Positions 37,698 to 42,137 of a stretch of 48,999 nucleotides of DNA are shown here, piece after piece. The notes beneath the pieces were generated by a model. The model did no database searches, was not told the origin of the DNA, and saw only the letters and a list, made by a program, of their open reading frames with translations. Numbering within the stretch: the stretch's first letter is position 1; the number at the start of each line of letters is the position of its first letter. The stretch is from a virus. Both the position numbers and the translations under genes were made by a program. The stretch lies in the IMG/VR virus record IMGVR_UViG_3300001348_000001; one strand, written 5' to 3'.

Positions 37698-37917
37698 TGT
37701 CTATCCTATGTAATCTATTACCTGAGAAATTATAAACTCCATGAAGGTGATCAGGTTTAACTCCCTCATATATATAATAGTTGTCACTGTTTTTTTCTAG
37801 TTCCTCCTGTGCTTGTGCTAGTGTATTAAACTTTTTAAACCTCCTTATAGTGTGTTCTTTATAGCCTTTAAAATGAATAACTTCTATGTCTTGTGTAACC
37901 CAAAGTGTTAAGCTCAT
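37657..37917 (-). CDS. Hypothetical protein (86 aa)
   Basis: ORF, coupled. Confidence 0.5.
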   Translation of the reverse strand: MSLTLWVTQDIEVIHFKGYKEHTIRRFKKFNTLAQAQEELEKNSDNYYIYEGVKPDHLHGVYNFSGNRLHRIDNEASINRRKKQLR

Positions 37918-38183
37918 TAATAATCTCCATAAGCTAAGTAGTCTTTTTGTTCTTGTTCAAAAGCTTGTTCCATAATTCCAAATAAAACATCATTAATACT
38001 TTCAAAAGGTATTAGTTTATTATTAACATCTACATGAGAGAACTCAATATACTGTTGTTGAATCATGTTGGGTGGCTCGTATTGAGGAGGCTCATAATAA
38101 ACAAGGCAAGAACCTTTTACTTTACCTACATTAAACTCTAATATTTTATTATACCTCATAGTCCTAACTCCCTTTTCATCCAC
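37917..38183 (-). CDS. Hypothetical protein (88 aa)
   Basis: ORF, coupled. Confidence 0.5.
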   Translation of the reverse strand: MDEKGVRTMRYNKILEFNVGKVKGSCLVYYEPPQYEPPNMIQQQYIEFSHVDVNNKLIPFESINDVLFGIMEQAFEQEQKDYLAYGDY

Positions 38184-38383
38184 ATTACATTAATTGCTTT
38201 CTTAGGGTGGCGCTTAACCTTTCCATCTATTACTGTATAATAATAACCGTAGTCGGCAGTGTCTGGTTTTTTCTTACAGATGAGAATCTCGTCGCCATCA
38301 TGAAATTTCTTGACAAAGCCTTTTAAAGTTTTATTAACAAACCAAATCCCGCTACATGAATCAACCCTAGTTGCGTAATACAT
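38156..38383 (-). CDS. Hypothetical protein (75 aa)
   Basis: AGGAGG RBS upstream of the ATG at 38383. Confidence 0.55.
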   Translation of the reverse strand: MYYATRVDSCSGIWFVNKTLKGFVKKFHDGDEILICKKKPDTADYGYYYTVIDGKVKRHPKKAINVMWMKRELGL

Positions 38384-38384
38384 C

Positions 38385-38558
38385 TTATAACCTCCTTAAA
38401 AAGGCGTCTATGTTTGTTGACCTATAATCAGAACCTTCACTACTATACCGACGAATCAAAGAGCCGTTTTTGGCAGTCTCATCAATGCAAATATGGTAGT
38501 CACAGTTGCCCACAGTTTTTACATATACACAGTTTTTACAGTCATGTTTGTATAACAT
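38385..38558 (-). CDS. Small Cys-rich protein (57 aa, MLYKHDCKNCVYVKTVGNCDYHICIDE...)
   Basis: Hand-translated base by base. AGGAGGG RBS 5 nt upstream. Fills the gap exactly. CxxC...C...C pattern suggests a Zn-ribbon. Confidence 0.6.
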   Translation of the reverse strand: MLYKHDCKNCVYVKTVGNCDYHICIDETAKNGSLIRRYSSEGSDYRSTNIDAFLRRL

Positions 38559-38559
38559 C

Positions 38560-39180
38560 TCAGCCCTCCTGAGTCAGATAAGTATAGTGTACTTCCGAGG
38601 CATGGAACCCGTCAACCCATTTACTATTAGATCCTGAGTCGTTAGCCAAAAATTCACACCAATTATTCCAAAGAAATTCTGTGCCATACTCATGGCAAAT
38701 CTTAATATAATTCCTTTTCTTTTCAATAAGTAACGCCTCCTTCTTAATATTTTTATCATACTCTAAACACTTTGGCTCAATGCCAAATAACTTTACATTA
38801 TGGCTATCCATACACCCAACTAATCCAGCAGTTAACTGACAAACAAAGCCAGCTTTAGCTAATCCAAGCCCCGGAATCCTAATGAATATTTTCATAAGTG
38901 ATAATGCTTTCTCGTCATCGTTCTTATGTGAGTTAATTACTGCCAGCATCTGGCTATAAATTTTATGCTTGTGAGTCATAATATACATATAACCTTTGGC
39001 CCTAGTTTTGTTTTTAAGAAACCTAGAGTCTAATTTAAACTTTTTAATATCCGTTAACTGAAAACCTACGGTTAACCAATTCATTCTGATTGAACAAATA
39101 ACCATAATAACAACCCATGCCATGTTATCGGCAGATCTTTGTGCATAAGATTGAACTTTAGTAGCGTGAGTTTTATACAT
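38560..39180 (-). CDS. HhH-GPD DNA-glycosylase-superfamily-like protein (206 aa)
   Basis: IPGLGLAKAGFVCQLTAGLVGCMDSHN aligns by eye with E. coli EndoIII [27 protein letters not shown] (helix-hairpin-helix plus conserved Asp). Confidence 0.45.
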   Translation of the reverse strand: MYKTHATKVQSYAQRSADNMAWVVIMVICSIRMNWLTVGFQLTDIKKFKLDSRFLKNKTRAKGYMYIMTHKHKIYSQMLAVINSHKNDDEKALSLMKIFIRIPGLGLAKAGFVCQLTAGLVGCMDSHNVKLFGIEPKCLEYDKNIKKEALLIEKKRNYIKICHEYGTEFLWNNWCEFLANDSGSNSKWVDGFHASEVHYTYLTQEG

Positions 39181-39419
39181 TATATTGTCTCCACATTTAA
39201 TTCAGTTTCTATCCAGACCTTGGCACCACAGGACAGTGGCTTGTCTGGACTATATACTAACTTAGCAACTACGTTACCTTCGGCATCTTTAATTAATGCC
39301 TGATTACATTTCCTATTTTGTTTATAATCTTTAACAGTAAGTACTGGTAGATCCTTTGGGTAAGCCCCTTTACTATTAGCTCTAATGTTATGCTGATTAA
39401 CATGTAATATAGTTTTCAA
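39180..39419 (-). CDS. Conserved hypothetical phage protein (79 aa)
   Basis: ORF, coupled. Confidence 0.5.
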   Translation of the reverse strand: MKTILHVNQHNIRANSKGAYPKDLPVLTVKDYKQNRKCNQALIKDAEGNVVAKLVYSPDKPLSCGAKVWIETELNVETI

Positions 39420-39628
39420 GTATTTCTCCTTTTATTTAACTCCATAGCACAATAAAGAATCTCATCTTGATATTGTCCTGCCTTTGGATTGTCAGGCATA
39501 GCCTCTAAAGCTCTGCTACAATCAAACATAATATATTTTAATGACTCAGTTTCTAAGTCATTGAATCTCTTTATGGTTTGGCTATGCCACTTACCAGACC
39601 CATCGCCATAAGAATAATACATATTCAA
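39416..39628 (-). CDS. Hypothetical protein (70 aa)
   Basis: ORF, coupled. Confidence 0.5.
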   Translation of the reverse strand: MNMYYSYGDGSGKWHSQTIKRFNDLETESLKYIMFDCSRALEAMPDNPKAGQYQDEILYCAMELNKRRNT

Positions 39629-39643
39629 TCTCCATTATGAATT

Positions 39644-39841
39644 TTATTCATCTCCAAATACACTATCCCACTCATCTTTAGTAATACCCGACACAATAAA
39701 CTCTCTTTCATCCGATGTTAAATTAGGCATAGCATCCTGAATTAACATACCACAACGCCAAGCCTCAATTTGCCTAGGGGTTACATCTAGATCTAAAGTA
39801 TTTTCTTTCTTACTAATCATTGATACTCTGGTAATTTCCAT
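39644..39841 (-). CDS. Hypothetical protein (65 aa)
   Basis: AAGGAG RBS upstream. Confidence 0.55.
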   Translation of the reverse strand: MEITRVSMISKKENTLDLDVTPRQIEAWRCGMLIQDAMPNLTSDEREFIVSGITKDEWDSVFGDE

Positions 39842-39842
39842 A

Positions 39843-40010
39843 CTAAAAACTCCTTAAACTTTCATCCCAAACTATTGTAAACAACATCATCAGTGGTACT
39901 GTGATTGGTAATAAATATATATTAAATACACTCACACAAAGCAGCGAGATTATTAATAATAAATATATTAAAAATATAAATACACTAACCATAAAATCTA
40001 CAAACCACAT
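39843..40010 (-). CDS. Small two-helix membrane protein (55 aa, MWFVDFMVSVFIFLIYLLLIISLLCVSVFNIYLLPITVPLMMLFTIVW...)
   Basis: Hand-translated. GAGGTGG upstream. Its stop lies 1 nt before the next ATG. It replaces the implausible plus-strand ORF 39901-40239. Confidence 0.5.
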   Translation of the reverse strand: MWFVDFMVSVFIFLIYLLLIISLLCVSVFNIYLLPITVPLMMLFTIVWDESLRSF

Positions 40011-40076
40011 AAACCACCTCGTAATATTAATTAAATTCAGGCGAGTAGTTTATTCACATACTCAGGTGACTCAGGA

Positions 40077-40535
40077 TTACTTCGCAGTTAGAATTTCTAA
40101 GATTTTATCCATCTTAGATTCTAAGGAATCTACCCGTTGCTCTAAAGTCTCTGGAGACTTCGTAGTCTCTTTTGCTTTATTCTTAGACCCTTTGGGTCTG
40201 CCTCGGCCCTTCTTAGGAGCCTCTGCAACCTTTGGTTGAACCTTGGGTGTAGCCTTCGGCTCAACACTAGGAATCTTAATAGTAATTAAGATGTCTGAGG
40301 GAACCACAGTGGCTTGAAAAGCCAATTGCACATCGCCATGAGTCATCTTAGAGTTCAATACTTCTCCGAAGTAATGACCTACAGCACCTCTCATCCTGTT
40401 AAACAGGACATAACGGTCCTGTGAAGTTAAATTTAACTTCGTGGCGAGTAGGTTAGTGTAGTGTGAGCATACAGCGTTGAACTGCTTGCCAGATGCCAGC
40501 TTGTTGTCGTCGATGTTGTATGTGAATGTCGCCAT
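40077..40535 (-). CDS. First early protein (152 aa) with HMGA-type AT-hook and C-terminal coiled coil
   Basis: AGGAG RBS 7 nt before the ATG at 40535 (the track start at 40637 has none). KKGRGRPKGSKNK is encoded at about 40172-40214. The C-terminus LEQRVDSLESKMDKILEIL is heptad-like. Confidence 0.65.
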   Translation of the reverse strand: MATFTYNIDDNKLASGKQFNAVCSHYTNLLATKLNLTSQDRYVLFNRMRGAVGHYFGEVLNSKMTHGDVQLAFQATVVPSDILITIKIPSVEPKATPKVQPKVAEAPKKGRGRPKGSKNKAKETTKSPETLEQRVDSLESKMDKILEILTAK

Positions 40536-40675
40536 GATAAAACTCCTGAGTTGCCAAGCAGCCGAATTGCTGGAGGCCATATCAAGGTGCTGGAATCCGA
40601 TTTGATTGTCAAGGCTTTCTGGTGCGCGATTAATCATGATCGCATTATGCGCCTGTTAACACGCGAAGAAAGCCT

Positions 40676-40940
40676 GCATCATGTGCACATGTCATCAGTG
40701 CATGTTGTGATCGTCCCTAGCAGTTGCCGAAACCCTTGTCAACACTTATTTTTTAGAACGTAGTTCTAGGGGTCGTGTGCATGTGCGGCCATGCGCGATG
40801 GCAAACTTTTTGAGCTTTGTCACATGAATTATTTTCATAATCATAGATTATGATGGGGTTGTGCATGTGTATATACCTGCGCGATTGGCAGCTTTTTGGC
40901 GGGTCTGTCAAGTATTTTTTAACTACTTTGTAGTTAGTTC
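40676..40940. repeat. Three degenerate direct repeat units of about 80-85 bp
   Basis: gtgcatgt at 40698, 40777 and 40861. tgcgcgat(t)ggca..ttttg at 40792 and 40878. tgtca[a/c] plus a T-tract at 40737, 40818 and 40906. Confidence 0.7.
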
Positions 40941-41134
40941 TGGAATTCTCATAGTATTATTATACTATGGATAGAAATACTCGTAAGTCTCTGAAAATCC
41001 TCGGAGAGTTTTAAAGAATCTTTAAAACTAACACACTAGGGAGTCCTCTGGGACTCTATCAAGTACATAAGAATTACAAAGTAATTTTATTTAATATTAC
41101 TTTAAAGAACTTTAAAGTATTCTGGAGTACTCTG

Positions 41135-41196
41135 GAGTTTCTTAAGAAACTCTGAGGCTTGGACTCTGGAAATCTTTAGAGTTTCTTAGGAAACTC
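41135..41196. repeat. Two near-identical 18-bp palindromes (gagtttcttaagaaactc at 41135-41152; gagtttcttaggaaactc at 41179-41196)
   Basis: Read directly. They differ at one central base and sit 44 bp apart, embedded in ACTCTGGAG word repeats. Confidence 0.85.
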
Positions 41197-41321
41197 TGGA
41201 GTCCTTGGAGGGTGGGCAGGAGGCCAGTACCCCCCACCCCCATATATACTAAATGTTATACATTTTTGGAAACTCTGGAGTGTCAAGCAGGTACTTCTGG
41301 GCGGGGCTAATAGACCCACTA

Positions 41322-41408
41322 AGGGCGGGTATTTAAAGACCCACTAACCGGACAACATCCTATAAGGATCTTATAGCTTCCTGTCCGGTTAGGGCGGGTA
41401 TTTAAAGA
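41322..41408. repeat. 18-bp direct repeat agggcgggtatttaaaga (41322-41339 and 41391-41408) flanking a nested hairpin
   Basis: Outer stem aaccggaca (41346-41354) / tgtccggtt (41382-41390). Inner stem ctataag (41360-41366) / cttatag (41370-41376). Confidence 0.85.
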
Positions 41409-41458
41409 AGATAAACTTATACATATATCTATATGTAACCGGGGGGACCGATTACGTT

Positions 41459-41487
41459 AGTATATAGCTGAAAGTGCGTTTTGTCAA
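41459..41487 (-). promoter_or_regulatory. Leftward sigma70-type promoter TTGACA-17 nt-TATACT
   Basis: Minus strand: -35 at 41487-41482, -10 at 41464-41459. Confidence 0.55.
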
Positions 41488-41501
41488 GTTAAATTTACTA
41501 C

Positions 41502-41529
41502 TTGACAAAATGGCTATAAGCTCTATAAT
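41502..41529 (+). promoter_or_regulatory. Rightward sigma70-type promoter TTGACA-16 nt-TATAAT in front of terS
   Basis: -35 at 41502-41507, -10 at 41524-41529. Both hexamers are consensus. Confidence 0.6.
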
Positions 41530-41536
41530 GATAAGT

Positions 41537-41926
41537 ATGAATAAAGAACTGACAGATAAACAACACTCTTTCTTAGAACACCTAGTGGAACAAGGAGGTG
41601 ATCCGAAGAAGGCAGCGGAGTTGGCTGGGTACAATAGTGGTCATTATCAGGTTGTAAAATCATTAAAAAAAGAAATATTAGACATAGCTGAAGGAATCCT
41701 AGCCCAGTCAGCTCCAAAAGCTGCTTTAAAACTTGTAGAAGTCATGAACTCTGATGTGCCTATTCCACAGGCTAACATGAGGCTACAAGCAGCACAGACA
41801 ATCCTAGACCGTGTAGGCTTAGGTAAATCAGAACGTATAGATGTAAGTCATAAGGCTGAAGGAGGTTTATTTATACTACCTTCTAAACAAGAGGTTATTA
41901 TTGATGGAGAATACGAGGAAGCTTAG
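41537..41926 (+). CDS. terS: Terminase small subunit (Terminase_2-like, 129 aa)
   Basis: MNKELTDKQHSFLEHLVEQGGDPKKAAELAGYNSGH matches the N-terminal HTH pattern of this family. Located upstream of terL. The track start at 41474 lies upstream of the promoter, so the ATG at 41537 is preferred. Confidence 0.65.
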   Translation: MNKELTDKQHSFLEHLVEQGGDPKKAAELAGYNSGHYQVVKSLKKEILDIAEGILAQSAPKAALKLVEVMNSDVPIPQANMRLQAAQTILDRVGLGKSERIDVSHKAEGGLFILPSKQEVIIDGEYEEA

Positions 41927-42137
41927 GGGACATGTACCTTTCGGCTATAAGAAAGAAAAAAAAGAATTAATACCTGTGCCTCTAGAACTAGAAGCATTAG
42001 AAGATATTAAACAAGCAGTAATTAATAAGCAGTTATCTTTACGTGATGGCTCTATGTGGTTAGAGCATAAAACAGGTCGTAAACTAAGTTATCAAGGTTT
42101 AAAGAATATAATTGACAATGAAAGATTGGGAAATTAA
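41901..42137 (+). CDS. Small DNA-binding protein resembling the Recombinase-domain HTH of serine recombinases (78 aa)
   Basis: GHVPFGYKKEKKELIPVPLELEALEDIKQAV...SLRDGSMWLEHKTGRKLSYQGLKNII follows the PxGY ... helix ... pattern. No catalytic domain. Confidence 0.45.
   Translation: MMENTRKLRGHVPFGYKKEKKELIPVPLELEALEDIKQAVINKQLSLRDGSMWLEHKTGRKLSYQGLKNIIDNERLGN

Larger units (their letters stand above)
40536..41536. promoter_or_regulatory. Gene-free divergent control region (candidate promoters/operators/ori/pac)
   Basis: No RBS-supported ORF in 1,001 bp. Several families of direct and inverted repeats. Lies between the two divergent arms. Confidence 0.7.

Noticed and set aside
39901-40239. 112-aa plus-strand ORF spanning the gap after the AT-hook gene
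   Set aside because: It starts at a non-ATG codon in AT-rich sequence, has no RBS, and overlaps the well-supported minus-strand AT-hook gene. A 55-aa minus-strand membrane ORF with an RBS explains the gap better.
40536-40637. N-terminal 34 codons of the 186-aa track ORF (start at 40637)
   Set aside because: There is no RBS at 40637, whereas the internal ATG at 40535 has AGGAG at 7-nt spacing. The extension also runs into the repeat region.
41121-41280. CTGGAG recurrence as a restriction-site signal (the recognition sequence of some type IIS/IIG enzymes)
   Set aside because: The word is always embedded in a longer conserved context (aaactctggagt). A longer protein-binding motif explains it better, and I did not count the site across the rest of the genome.
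41100-41410. Possible CRISPR-like array because of many short repeats
   Set aside because: The repeats are 7-18 bp, of several different families, irregularly spaced and partly palindromic. There is no repeat-spacer periodicity of 28-37 bp and there are no cas genes.
41452-41717. Minus-strand ORFs 41452-41634 and 41523-41717, plus-strand ORF 40551-40763, and the 5' extension 41474-41536 of terS
   Set aside because: They cross promoter and palindrome sequences, lack RBS and are antisense to terS. The terS extension would place promoter elements inside the coding region.
41901-42137. Integrase or lysogeny module suggested by recombinase-like sequence
   Set aside because: Only the short DNA-binding part is present, with no catalytic serine or tyrosine recombinase domain anywhere in the window. 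No repressor/antirepressor pair was recognised, so a lytic lifestyle is more likely.
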